Shown piece after piece: positions 1-19,068 of a stretch of DNA of 64,000 bases. Below the pieces are notes generated by a model. It searched no databases, was not told where the DNA came from, and was given only the letters and a program-made list of their open reading frames with translations. The number at the start of each line of letters is the position of its first letter. Position 1 is the first letter of the stretch. The position numbers and the translations under genes are program-made. This DNA is from Octopus vulgaris (Eukaryota): the NCBI GenBank assembly GCA_951406725.2, contig OX597840.1:20770001-20834000 (forward strand). Reading direction: 5' to 3'.

Positions 1-769
1 TGACTGAAAATAAAACGTGATTGTTGGAATTCTCTTCCTCCTCGTGACGGCCCCATCCTCATGACGGCTCTAACCTTGAGCTATTCGGTACGAGGTCCTA
101 ACGCCAACAATAGCATCACCACCACCACCACTACTCCCTCCATTAACCGCAATAACAACAACACTAGTACACCATCACTACCAACACCAACACCTCCACC
201 ACTACTGCAAACAACACTGTCACCACCATCACACCTAAAGCCACCACTGCCTCCCCTTAAACCAATGTAAAGGCTCATAATTCATTAACGTGCCCTATAA
301 AAATTTCAACTCTTCAACGACTCCTAAATGGGAGACGTGATGCTATTGTAATGTGTTTAATAAAGGGGCCATAAATTGACCATATTAACGTCTAAGGGAT
401 AAATGGCCCCTGTTGTCCATCTCCACCTCCACCTCCGCTTCTATCACTCCCTGTATCCTTCTCGCCATGCTATCGCACACCAATAACCAAGATCGTCGAC
501 CATCTTTTTTTTTTTTTTACTTCACCTGTTTTCCTTCTCAGTAATTATCTCCAACCTTGTCTCTTTCTCTCTGATGTCGTCTGCCTGTTTCTGAGTTTTA
601 TCTTCTTTCTACTTTTTTCTTTCATTATATATATATTTTTTTTCATTTTCTTCAATTTTCTGCCAACATCTCTCTTGATGTCTTCCGTTTCTTTCTGATA
701 TTTTGGGGTTGTTTTGTTGATGAGGTTCCTTTTATACTTGTTCTTATAGGTATATATTTTAATCTTTCA

Positions 770-1170
770 GTTAGTTAGTTAATTTCTTGGCTTAAAAAGC
801 AAAAAGCAAGGCCATGTAGGGGGACATGGAGTTATGTACAGGGTGGTGTTCATGTAAAGAGTTCAGGCCATTTGTGGTCAAGGGAGTCTTTGAACCGAGC
901 GGTCGTCGGCATCTTCACTATCTCATCCGGCAGCTTATTCCACGGATCCGCAACCCGGACGGAGAAAGCCCCTCTCCTTCGATTGAGATGAAATCGTCGC
1001 AGATAGAGCTTTTCGGAGTGACCCCGCTGCCGACGCTCTGGAGCAGGAGTGAAGAACAGCTCTTTCGAGAGGTTACACTTTCCGCTTATGATGTTGTGAG
1101 CAAGAATGAGATCACCACGGCGTCGTCGTTTTTCTAGAGAATAAAGGTCGAGCGTCTTCAGCCTTTCTTC
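770..1170 (-). mobile_element. CR1-type LINE 3' fragment
   Basis: ERLKTLDLYSLEKRRRRGDLI...RGHSEKL...FSVRV..PWNKLP matches the CR1 ORF2 C-terminus; (TAAC)n tail ~770-781. Confidence 0.85.
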
Positions 1171-1810
1171 AATTTGCATTACTTTTCCATTGTGATGCAA
1201 ATAAAATGAACCAAGCATCTTCTTTAATTTTTCGTCTCCATTTTCTGTTATTGACTTATTAATTTATGAGACTCTTTATACTTATATATATTGAAGAACT
1301 TTCTATCAATATATTTAGTTAAACACAGTTGGCATCTAGATTCAGAAGTATTAAATTTCTAAATGTCTCAAAGAGACATGAGCGGTGGTGGAGCGATAGA
1401 GTGGTTATATACTGTCAACTTAACGTGACAGTCCCGTATGGGAATTACACCACCGCTGTTTAGCCCTAGGAAGCATCGAACGCTTCCTGTCGGCTTTGAC
1501 ACATTTTCTGTGTCCTTATATTTGTGAAGGGGAGGCAAGCACCCCTACAAGCCAAGATTCAGTTAGCATCTGGATTGTTTTTTAACAATCTCTTACGGAG
1601 ATATTGCTTCCTCAAATTTGTATATACATTTTTTTTCTCTCCTTGTTTCTCTCCTTGTTTCTTTTTGTGTTCCTTTCTGTAGAGGAGCGTAGGCTCGAAA
1701 CGTAAAAGACTTTTTCTATTCCTGAGCGTTATACTAACACATCTGTTTGTTTTGTACACCACCTGTCTTCGTCTGCTGTTGTTTTTTTCTTTATTTTTCG
1801 TAAACTCTCC

Positions 1811-2243
<433 letters not shown>

Positions 2244-2423
2244 AATATATATATATAAAAGAAAGAGATAGAGAAAGAGAGAGACAGGGAGAAAGACTAA
2301 GAGGGAGAGAGAAACAGACAGATACAGAGACAGAGAGAAGAGAAGAGAGAAGGACAGAGAGAGACGAAGAGAAGAGACAGAGACAAGGAGAAGAGACAGA
2401 CGGTCAAAATGAGAGAGAGATAC

Positions 2424-2462
<39 letters not shown>

Positions 2463-2632
2463 AAGACAGACTGACACACAGGATAAGGGAGAGGGAAAAG
2501 AGAGAGAGAAAAAGAAAAGGAGGGAGACAGAAACGTACAATAAAAAAAAAACACACACACATACACATACATACACCGACACACAGAGCAAGAGAGAGAA
2601 AGTGGGAGAGACAAACAGAAACAAAGAGAAAA

Positions 2633-2668
<36 letters not shown>

Positions 2669-2951
2669 GGGAGAGGGCGGGAAAGGGTCTGTGATGGTAC
2701 GTTCCCGTTGTCCCCTAAATTATCAGAAAACGTCCGGAGCGCAGCCGACAATTGATGTCAGCTAATATGGGGATCCGAGGGAGGGTGTATGTGTGTGTGT
2801 GAAGATGTGTGTGTGAGTGTGTGAGTGTGTGTGTGTGTGTGTATGTGTGAGTGAGTATGTGTGTGTGTGTGTGTGTCTTCACTGAAACTCTAAAGTACGT
2901 GACATAAGGATAAGGGTGGAACTAAAAGACAACAGTAAACAGAACTGACTT

Positions 2952-4155
<1,204 letters not shown>

Positions 4156-4337
4156 CAGTTCTTTCGTTTGTTGCTCCCATTCTTATATTGTTTACTGTTG
4201 TTATAATTGTTGTTTTTGTTATCGTTGTTTCTCTTGCTCTTGTTGTTGATGACGGCAGTGGTGATGATGATGATTATGATGACGACGACGACGGTATACA
4301 CGCGCGCGTGCGGCAGAACTGTTAGTACCGAAAGGCA

Positions 4338-4816
4338 ATCTTCTTATCCAACTTAACGTGGATGTATGTTAGAACGCCTTATACTGCGTAATTCGCCTTG
4401 CGGGGTATCGTATAAAGACGCATGATGCATAAAAACACAAACATATATCGCAGGAGACGAGAATCGTTTGGCATGGTTGCCGAAACTGTTAGATCACGTG
4501 ATTTCGTTGCACTGCGCTTCTTTAATGCCAGTTGTCCAGTCCCGCATACCATCCCAAATTCGCTACCATCGATACCTAGAATAACATGCCTTTTCAGTCA
4601 CTGGCGTGCAGGGATAGAGGCCTGCCACTAAAGAAATACAGTGCGCTGAAATGACGTGACACAGCGCTCTGGTGTCCATGTCAGATCATTCTCGTCTGCC
4701 ACGATATATACTTGTGCTTTTATGCACCCAGCATCTATCTGAGAGAACATCTCTGAGTGAATGCCGCAGTATTTGGCGTTCTAACAATACATCCACGTTA
4801 ATTTGGATATAAAGAT
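4338..4816. mobile_element. Old foldback/MITE with ~190-bp diverged inverted arms
   Basis: TCCAACTTAACGTGGATGTATGTTAGAACGCC at ~4347 versus its complement at ~4775-4810; arms align over 4338-4530 and 4622-4816; a single arm recurs at ~14603-14810. Confidence 0.7.
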
Positions 4817-5053
4817 CTTTCTTCAACGAGTACTTCCTGCCAGTGATGACTTAGAAATGTAATCTCCACAATGTAACCTTCATTTCATTAAGATAATTTC
4901 AGCTTCATCATTAGCTACGTTGACCATAGCTTGTTGCATAACTATTACATAACTAGTATCAGTTAACTAAGAAACATATGTAGCATGCATTTTACCTTTC
5001 CATTCCCTCGGCTTGAACTTATACACACGCATACTCATATACATATATATGTA

Positions 5054-5139
<86 letters not shown>

Positions 5140-5468
5140 CATATATATATGTGTGTGTGTGTATATATATATGTATATATATATTAGCACATGTACATAC
5201 CCTGCTTTGTGAATACATTTCTCTTTCTTGCGTTTCTAATTCGTACTATGAATATGGCATTTCTTTTTAAACCAAACAACGATATAACGTAAGTAAATAC
5301 GTGAATAAACTGATGCATTTGTGAAAATAAATGGATGAGAAAGGAATTCAGACGACACAATGAAGGCAAATATTTGGAATATTTTATTAACAGAAGCCAA
5401 ACAAGAAAACAAATTGTACGAATCTACCGAGAATAGCTCCACCAATTTCTATAGAAATTTCGCGTCCG

Positions 5469-5527
<59 letters not shown>

Positions 5528-5763
5528 AAGCGTGGTTGTATGGTAAGAAATTTACTGGTTCTGGGTTCAGTCTCACTGCGAATGTCTTTTGCTATGGCCC
5601 CGGGTCGACCAAAGCCTTGTGCGCCTGTCTTTATTTCGAAAAGGAACATTGTCTGATACGCGAAACACTTATCATTACTTTATTCTTCCTTTCAGCGTTA
5701 AACTAAACAGGATAAACTTTATATTCGTTTGAAACAAGGCTTGAGACCATGTAAGTGGAAGGG

Positions 5764-5794
<31 letters not shown>

Positions 5795-6213
5795 CTTCTT
5801 CTTCTTCTTCTTCTTCTTCTTCTTCTTCTTCTTCTTCTTCTTCTTCTTCTTCTTCTTCTTTTAATTTGAAAAAAAGAACTATCATTCGATATGTTATACA
5901 AAATCCGAATTTTATATCTCTGAAGAGCAGAAGCATTGTCTATAAATGCTTATCAATATAGGATTTCATTATAGGAACAACTCTTCTGTGAAACGATTGT
6001 AAGATGCTTTAAGTACTTAATTCAAAACTTTTAAACTGTCATATACATTATATATTTATACTTATACATATTTACATATATTTTTATACAAATTTATATT
6101 TATTTATTTATATATTTTTAATACAACAATTATTTTTCACACGTGTATATCTTTCAGAGGAGTTTTGATATTAATTTCCTAATTTTAATAATAATATATT
6201 ATAAAAAAATATA

Positions 6214-6943
<730 letters not shown>

Positions 6944-7381
6944 TATGTATGTGTGTATATATATGTGTGTGTGTGTGTGCATAAAAACATATACACTCAT
7001 ACACCACACACATACACACGTACACACACAAACACACACATATACGTACAAATGTACCTATGCATATATACAATGAATGAAAGAACCATCCATGTACACC
7101 TGAATGTGCGCAGTTGAGCGAGGAAACACTGCGGGAAAGGTAAAGTGGAATGTAAAGTGAAATGAAATTTATTCAAAGCTCAAGTTTAGTGTTTCAGGTT
7201 CATTAGACGTCCGACCAAGCGGAACCACTAAACCTGAGTAGCGGCGACCCATTCTTACTCAGTTTCCCAAAAAATATCATGGGTGTGTGTGTGGGGGGGG
7301 TGTATATATAAGTTTGTATGTATGTATTTATTTATGCGTGTATATATACATACATACATATATATACATAGATATATATAT

Positions 7382-7414
<33 letters not shown>

Positions 7415-7516
7415 TGGACGGACAGATAGATAGATAGATATAGATATATAGATGTATATACATATATATATGTATGTATATATATGTTTGTATGTATGCA
7501 TATATATATATATATA

Positions 7517-7709
7517 ATTTTATAGAAGGAGCTTCTACAGGACTAGAACTGTTTCATTCAAATGAAATCACCAGGAAGCTTCCTGATGATTTCATTTGAA
7601 TGAAACAGTTCTAGTCCTGTAGAAGCTCCCTCTATAAAATAAATTAATTTACTCTGCTATGTATTGAGTACCTTATTTACTGTGGTTAACCCCGACTCAA
7701 CCCGGGACC

Positions 7710-7712
<3 letters not shown>
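7517..7712 (+). mobile_element. Penelope-like element remnant with inverted terminal duplication (124-bp palindrome 7517-7640)
   Basis: Spacer-less palindrome with 2 mismatches containing a hammerhead motif, flanked by (TA)n. Confidence 0.55.
7577..7627 (+). ncRNA. Minimal type I hammerhead ribozyme motif (Penelope-like element type)
   Basis: Stem I AGCTTC/GAAGCT; core CTGATGA 7583-7589; short stem II; GAAA 7602-7605; stem III CAG...CTG; GUA cleavage triplet ending 7621. Confidence 0.7.
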
Positions 7713-7796
<84 letters not shown>

Positions 7797-7878
7797 ATAT
7801 ATTTGTATATTATATTTATGCATATGAGTATATATATATACATACACACGCGCATACATACATACATACATACATACA

Positions 7879-7932
<54 letters not shown>

Positions 7933-8104
7933 GAACAGTAAATATATGCAAGAATTTCTCAAGCTGAGCATATGACATAGTTTTCGTTATTTACATTCCA
8001 ACGACAAAGCTTTGTATCTTTGTCGGAAACCATCTCCTTCCTTACAAGTATGCCTTGAAATAATTTTTCTTAACGTACAAAAGAGAACATACATATATAA
8101 ACAT

Positions 8105-8203
<99 letters not shown>

Positions 8204-9052
8204 AAACAATACTGGGAGGATAGAGACGGAACGAAGCGAAAATTCGAACGAACCCGACGCGAAGCGCTGTCAGACAATAGTGTAATAAATAAAATATATG
8301 CATACATACAAACATATATGTACGTACCGACATCTACATGTATATACACATGCATATATAAATATATATACGTACAGGACACCACAAAAAGACGTAAAAC
8401 TCAACAGAAACGAAAACGGAAAAGCCATTTTGTTACAACAGAATGACAGAGACGTGGAACAGGACGTGAACAACATTATTTACAACAGAAAAACGAGGTA
8501 CAGGACATGCTACACAAGGAAAAATCCCCTTCATCAGTTGTCACTAGTAGACATAGCGTGTTTCGAAGGCAAGACAGGACACGGGTTTTCCAGGTGGTCA
8601 CTTTGGTAGTTAATGCGTTTGTGATAAAAACATCATAACTTCAAGTTTCGTTCCCAACCATTCTTTAAGCATTGTTGCGTAAATAGACGATCATGTAAAC
8701 GAGACGGGTGGAGTAGCCAGAATGGGACCAGAGCATTAACAGAAAACAGAGCTGATGAGGCGGCGAGCTGGCAGAAACGTTAGCACGCCGAACGAAATGC
8801 TTAGCGGTATTTCGTCTGCCGCTACGTTCTGAGTTCAAATTCCGCCGAGGTCGACTTTGCCTTTCATTCTTTCGGGGTCAAAAAATTAAGTACCAGTTGC
8901 TTTTTCCATAGCGTTTTTTCAGATGGCCAGATAACCGAAGAGATGGTGTTGTGGAATTCCACTTCGGCATCCGAAACTCAGTTTTATCTTGACTATTGAA
9001 TAATGTAACATATTATTTTACACACACACACACACACACACATACATATATA

Positions 9053-9451
9053 TCTCTTTTAATCTCTTTTACTTGTTTCAGTCATTTGACTGCGGCCATG
9101 CTGGAGCACCGCCTTTAGTCGAGCAAATCGACCCGGGACCTATTCTTTGTAAGCCCAGTACTTATTCTATCAGTCTCTTTTGCGAACCGCTAAGTGACGG
9201 GGACGTAAACACACCAGCATCGGTTGTCAAGCAATGCTAGGGGGACAAACACAGACACACAAACACACACACACATATACATATATACGACAGGCTTCTT
9301 TCAGTTTCCGTCTACCAAATCCACTCACAAGGCATTGGTCGACCCGGGGCTATAGCAGAAGACACTTGCCCAAGATGCGACGCAGTGGGACTGAACCCGG
9401 AACCATGTGGTTGGTTAGCAAGCTACTTACCACACAGCCACTCCTGCGCCT
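9053..9451 (-). mobile_element. SINE family A, full length
   Basis: Reverse complement of 14119-14545. Confidence 0.85.
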
Positions 9452-9939
9452 ATATATATATATATATTGTATTGTATTGGCATCCTTTCTGTCTCGGGAG
9501 ACAATGGAGTTGCGCATTTTTTTTTTTTTTTATAGTCTAGTCCGGCTTTTATATTTCATGTCCTGATACATTTCCTGCTGTGGCTGTGTAGTCCTATCCT
9601 GGACAAATATATATATATATATATATATGTAATATCAAAATTAGCAACAGGATATCAAGTAGTAATGCAGTACGACCGTTTCAAGCGGCTCTATATATAT
9701 ATTCGATGGGCTTCTTTCAGTTTCCGTCTACCAAAATCATCCACTCACAAGGTTTTGGTCGACTTGAGGTTATAGTAGAAGACACTTGCACAAGGTGACA
9801 TACAGTGAGACTGAAACCGGAACCTTGCGGTTAGTAAGCAAGCCTTCTTACCACACAGCCTCGCCTGCGCCTTTGTACAGTTTTACTTACACACGCTTAA
9901 AAGAAAACTGTGTTATACAAATATATGCGTGCATTTCTA

Positions 9940-11991
<2,052 letters not shown>

Positions 11992-12277
11992 GAAACCTAG
12001 GCTCTGTACACAGACAGACAGACAGATATTATCCGATTCAGTGCTTACGGTAATTTTTCTTTCTTCAAATAATGTCACAGATCAACGAAAGAAATTAGAC
12101 GAATACATTCACTCGGTAATTCACATGAAAGAGATAAATAAAAGAGATTCGCAAACAAATGAATGCGTAAACAAATAAATAGATAAAATAAATAGATAAA
12201 TAAATAAATAAATAGATAGGGAATAAAGAATGAAAGCCTGATGGATAGACAGACAGACAGACAGGTGAAGTAAGTAG

Positions 12278-12993
<716 letters not shown>

Positions 12994-13393
12994 GATGGAT
13001 AGACAAACAGACAGACAGGCAGACAGACAGAAGGATAGAAAGAAAGGAAGAAAGAGACAAACAAACAAACAAAGAAGTTAAGAGAAGAAAGAATCCATGT
13101 AAATTTAATGTAATTCATGTTTACACAATTTCTAATGCATTTTGTGTGTTGTGTCGATGTGGTGGGTGTTATCCAGAGTCAACCATGCGAGAGAACGGAT
13201 TCAAGAGGGACATACGAAAAGGCGGCTTTGTTTATGTAGCTGTCTTTTTGTTTGCGTGCGCACACGTGTTGTGTGTGAGTGTGTGTGTGTGAGACCATCT
13301 ACTATTTTCTTAATAGTCCATCGATTTATCTCTCTGCTTATCAATCTATCATCTACCTACCTACTTAACTGCTTATCCATATCACGATCTACC

Positions 13394-13553
<160 letters not shown>

Positions 13554-13739
13554 CATACATACATACATACATACATACATAGAAAAATATATATATAATA
13601 TATACATACATACATATATATATAACCAAATAAGCAAATAGGTAGGTAGATATCGAAACATAGATATATGTAGAGAGAGAGAGAGAGAGAGAGAGCAAAA
13701 TCGAGAGAGATTGGTCCTGAGAAGAGATTTTTATTAACA

Positions 13740-14118
13740 CTGAAGCTGCGAGTTTGTCGCTTGACTCGAGATTCACGCCGAAGATCGTTGTGGCATGAAA
13801 CTCAAGTCAAAGTGTAAACCCTATCCTCTACATGTATTGAGCACCCTTCTCGTTCATTCAACATTAAGACTGTGTTTCTTCGAACTGGTTGATCACCATT
13901 CTCGTTCTCTTGATTTGGTCTCCAAAATATACACTCGGCCGGGAACCAGTGTCATAGGGATGATGACGTCATATCTGTTGTTGATGACATTTTTGATCAA
14001 CACGATGAAAGCTTCTCTTCACCAATGGTATCCAAGCACTGCAACACCGATGCAAGAAGTGTGTGGTTCGCAAGGGGTACTAAGTTGAAAAATAAACCTC
14101 ATATGGTCACATTCCGTG
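13740..14118 (+). mobile_element. Mariner transposase C-terminal remnant
   Basis: FELVDHHSRSLDLVS (degenerate PHPPYSPDLAPS) and GIQALQHRCKKCV..KG.*VEK. Confidence 0.65.
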
Positions 14119-14545
14119 AGAGGCGCAGGAGTGGCTGTGTGGTAAGTAGCTTCCTTATCAACCACATGGTTCCGGGTTCAGTCCCACTGCGTGGCATCTT
14201 GGGCAAGTGTCTTCTGCTATAGCCTCGGGCCGACCAATGCGTTGTGAGTGGATTTGGTAGACGGAAACTGAAAGAAGCCTGTCGTATATGTGTATATATA
14301 TATGTATGCGTGTGTATATGTTTGTGTGTCTGTATTTGTCCCCCTAGCATTGCTTGACAACTGATGCTGGTGTGTTTACATCCCTGTCACTTAGCGGTTC
14401 GGCAACAGAGACCGATAGAATAAGTACTGGGCTTACAAAGAATAAGTCCCGGGGTCGATTTGCTCGACTAAAGGCGGTGCTCCAGCATGGCCGCAGTCAA
14501 ATGACTGAAAACAAGTAAAAAGAGTAAAGAGTAAAGAGTAAGAGA
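14119..14545 (+). mobile_element. SINE family A, full length
   Basis: AGGCGCAGGAGTGGCTGTGTGGTAAG ... GACTGAAAACAAGTAAAAAGAG. Confidence 0.85.
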
Positions 14546-15321
14546 GTATCTTGGTCAGCCTTTGAGCTTTTCAGCCGAACCTCGTATATATTAAAAGACA
14601 ATCTGTATGTCCAACTTAACGTGGATATTTTGTTGCAACGCCAAATACTGTGGTATTTGCCTTGAGAGGATCCCGCATATGGGCGCATGGTGCATAACAG
14701 CACACATATTTATATCGCTGGCAGACGAGAACCGTGCGCTATGGGCGCCGGACCTGTCAGATCACGGGATTTCGATGTACAGCGTTTTTTCAGTGACAGC
14801 TGTTCACTCGCACGTTTTTTTTTTTTTGCGTGGAATCAACTACTCTGGCCTCCTAATATGCTACGAAACTATTTTTGTGGTCCGTGAAACGGAGTGGGGT
14901 GTGCTGGAAGCCTCGGAAATTGTACCCATTTATATTGTGTAATTCACTGACAAATTGTTACCCACCTCTTTGTTTCTTTGTTGTTAAATAAATGGATTCT
15001 CAACAAAACACTTTTATACTCGGTGTAAAATAAAAACAAAACTCTTTCGCACCCAAAGTAATGTGTGTGAGAGAGATAGGGAGGAAAAGGAAAAGAGACA
15101 GAGAAAAGGGTGGAGAGTGAAAGTAGAACAGAAGATAGGTTGAAAGAAGACGAGTCAAATATAGACACATGTGTGTTGCGATTGTTGGCTTTTTTTCTCT
15201 CCTTCTTCTTGGACTTTCCTGTTTCCGAAGAAGAGCTTTGCTTGAAACGTAAAACTACTACTCTTTTCTTTCTCTGAGTGTCTTATTTCTTTTTTCTTTC
15301 TCTTTGTGTTTTTTAAAATTG

Positions 15322-15384
<63 letters not shown>

Positions 15385-15636
15385 CTTATCTATCGTTCTT
15401 TCTCTCAATCTCACTGTCACTCAACCACACAGATCTCTTTTCTCTCTCTCTCTCTCTTTTTGATAATGACAATGCACCATATCCAGTCTTGACACAATTT
15501 GCTACAGATGATAACTTCCCCCACCCGTAGCCAATCTGTTTTCATCGTCATTGTTGCCGTTGGGGGTAGTGGTAGTGGAGGTGACGGCAGGGGCGTGGGT
15601 CTAGTATTGTCAGTAGAGGCTCAAGTCAGCAGCAGC

Positions 15637-16058
<422 letters not shown>

Positions 16059-16324
16059 ATTTTGTACATACATATGAGCTGGCAGAGACGTTAGCACACC
16101 GGGCGAAATGCGTAGCTGAATTTCGTCTGCCGTTACGTTCTGAGTTCAAATTCCGCCAAGGTCGACTTTACCTTTCATCCTTTCGGGGTCGATAAATAAA
16201 GTACCAGTTTCGCACTGGGGTCGATTTAATCCGTTTGTCCCCTCTCTGTTTAGCCCCTTGGCAATATGTATGTGATCTATGTCTGTGCCCATGTGTGTAT
16301 CTTTTAAGCATACGTTTCTATGAA

Positions 16325-16610
16325 TATGCATGTCCTTAGTGCTTGCTCTTGGGCAGCACAGATTAGAGCCTCCGTTTCCGGTTTAAAATCACTTTTGGTC
16401 ATCCATAGCCATCTTTTTTCTCTGTCTGTCTCATCTTCAACATCCCTATGAAATTGACCATGCATTCTTTTCTTTAACCACCTATTTTCAGTTCCATTTG
16501 TTTTCAATTTCTTGTATGGTGCTTTATCTTTGCAATCTTTCATTCTACACAAGCCTGACCTTCTTACTTCTAATATTAGCGGTTCTGTGGCCTTTTTTAC
16601 ATACCATGCT
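16325..16610 (-). mobile_element. R4/Dong-like (RLE) non-LTR retrotransposon fragment
   Basis: WLKKRMHGQF...WLWMTKSDFKPETEALICAAQEQALRT; adjacent to (TAA)n at ~16620-16650. Confidence 0.7.
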
Positions 16611-18358
16611 GTTGTTTTATTAATATTATTATTATTATTATTATTATTATTTCTCTTTAATGAAGCATACAGTTTTTGAATTAAATTCAAAAAAGAGATA
16701 ATGTCAAGTTTTGATGTTCATAACTTTCCAGAAAAAAATAAACAAACAACAATCAATGAAAGAAAAATATAAAAGACGATAATAATTAAGTAAAGGACTG
16801 TTTGAATTTAATTAATCTAAACGTTTATTAATTTCAAATATGAGTTGTAGCAAATGAAATGATTAATTAAGTGGTTGAGTGACTGCATACATTAAACACA
16901 CTAACATCAAGTCAACACCTAATCAAATAAAATGCCACCAGAAGCAGTTGGTATTTAGTTAGGTGTTGACATTTATCAGTGAGCTCAGATTTTCTTTGTT
17001 GGTTTTTTTTTTAAAGGGGAGAGGTGAGGTCTGGTGTATGATTGTGTTGTGATGTGAGGTGCTTGTTGTTGTTTGTGTGTGTATGCACATGAGTGCTTGC
17101 TCGTTTTGTATGTGTATGAGTGTACATGAATGCTTACATGTGTGTGTGTGTGTGTGTGTGTTGTTTAATGTCTGTGTTCATTTCATTTACTCTTTATCTG
17201 ATGTTATACAGTGTTGGACGGATCTACAAATTCTTACTTCAACATATCTACACATGGAGCAGGGACAGGCTTGTGTCAGCTCTGCCCCAAAGTCCCAAGT
17301 AAAAAAAAAGAAAAAGAAAACCAAAAAAAAAACTGCAGGGGTGAGATGAGGGTCAAAGTTTACCCTTGTGAGACTTTCCTCGGTCTATTTTGTCAGTGAA
17401 GGCCACATTTGGTTGTTTCCATTGTTGTTGTCATGATTGCTGTTGTTTAGCCCTGGGTCAACCATACCTGATTGAGGAGATTCAGGATCTAAGATGGTCC
17501 CGTCTTTGGTATGGTGTGTTTGGCATTACCTTGTACAATGTGTAATGTGTCCGTCCCTTTTTAAAGAGGAGAATGATCAGAGGAGGAAACTCGACTGCTG
17601 TTTCTAGCAGATCAAGCTGTTGCGTAGAGGTATCGTTATGGGTGATGAGGCATGCAGAGATGAGGTGTGACAACTGTGCTTAATAATTATGAGTTGATGT
17701 TGTTGTTATTGTGGTGGTGGTGGAGAGGGATGGAGGTGGTGGTTGTGGTGACAGCAGCGGTGGTGGTGATGGCGGCAGTGGTGGTAGTAGTGGTAGTGGT
17801 GATGGAAGAGATGGTAGTAGTGGAGGGGGTGGAGGTGCTGATGGTAGTGGTCGTTGTAATGGTGTCTGTGGGGGTGATGGTATCTGGGGGGTGCTGATGG
17901 TGGTGGAGGTGGTGGTAGTGGTGATGGCAATGGTGGTGTAGGAGGTGTGGCAGTGGTGGTGATGATGGTTGTGAGGGGAAGGAGGTGATGATTGCTGTTG
18001 GGTGATGGTGGTGATGGTGGTGATGTTCTTGGTGGTGGTGGTGGCTGTGGGGGAAGGGGGTGATGATTGCTGTGGGTGGTGATGGTGGTGGTGGTGGTGG
18101 TGGTGTTCATGGTGGTGGTGATGGTGGTGGTGGCTGTGGGGGAAGGGGGTGATGATTGCTGTGGGTGGTGATGGTGGTGGTGGTGGTGGTGGTGTTCATG
18201 GTGGTGGTGATGGTGGTGGTGGCTGTGGGGGAAGGGGGTGATGATTGCTGTGGGTGGTGATGGTGGTGGTGGTGGTGGTGGCTAAGCTGTCCCAGTCAGT
18301 TCTGTATGTGCAAAGCTGACTAGAGCAACACAGGAAAACACATTCACACACACAAACA

Positions 18359-18400
<42 letters not shown>

Positions 18401-18527
18401 CTATACAACATTCACATACCACACACAATAACACATGCATACATCAAACACAATACACATACATTTACAAATACACACACACTCACACATACAAGTGCAC
18501 ACATCTACATTACACACATATACACAT

Positions 18528-18561
<34 letters not shown>

Positions 18562-18952
18562 CTGTCCCTCAAAACGTACACAAATCCAACAAGTCTAAAG
18601 GTGGTTGCCCAACCTGCCAGAAAGAGAAGTCAAATCCCCCTCAAGCCATACCTTACTAATTTAAAAAAGAAAGGACACATTAAATGAAATAATCCAATAA
18701 AATAACCTTAAAAAAAAAAGAAAACAAAAAAATAAACTGAATGGCCATGGCTGGAATGCCTCTGATTACAAGTTTCCTCAATCAGGACTGACCTAGGGCT
18801 AAACAACAACGACATCAAGACAGAGAAAACTGTTCAGTGTAGAGAAAACTGTTCAGGTGATTAAGATATAAAGTGACTGCCTCTCCTCCAGGAGGTGAGA
18901 GTCACCGTGTCACCGTAAGTCTCTCCTGATGATGTTGATAGTGATGATGCTG

Positions 18953-19068
18953 CTATTGGTCTTCATCAAGGGTCATGTGATCCATTTGAGCCAATAGGCT
19001 GTCACTGTCCTCGGCTCCCAGTTCTTTGGGAGAAGGGGATGATGGGAAGGCTGCCAGTTGTTTTTGAT
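18953..19068 (-). CDS. BBS9: BBS9 probable last coding exon ([38 protein letters not shown])
   Basis: Long polypyrimidine tract plus ttccag acceptor; phase 1 matches exon 20; TAG at 18953-18955. The peptide is low-conservation, so support comes from splice signals and phase only. Confidence 0.7.
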
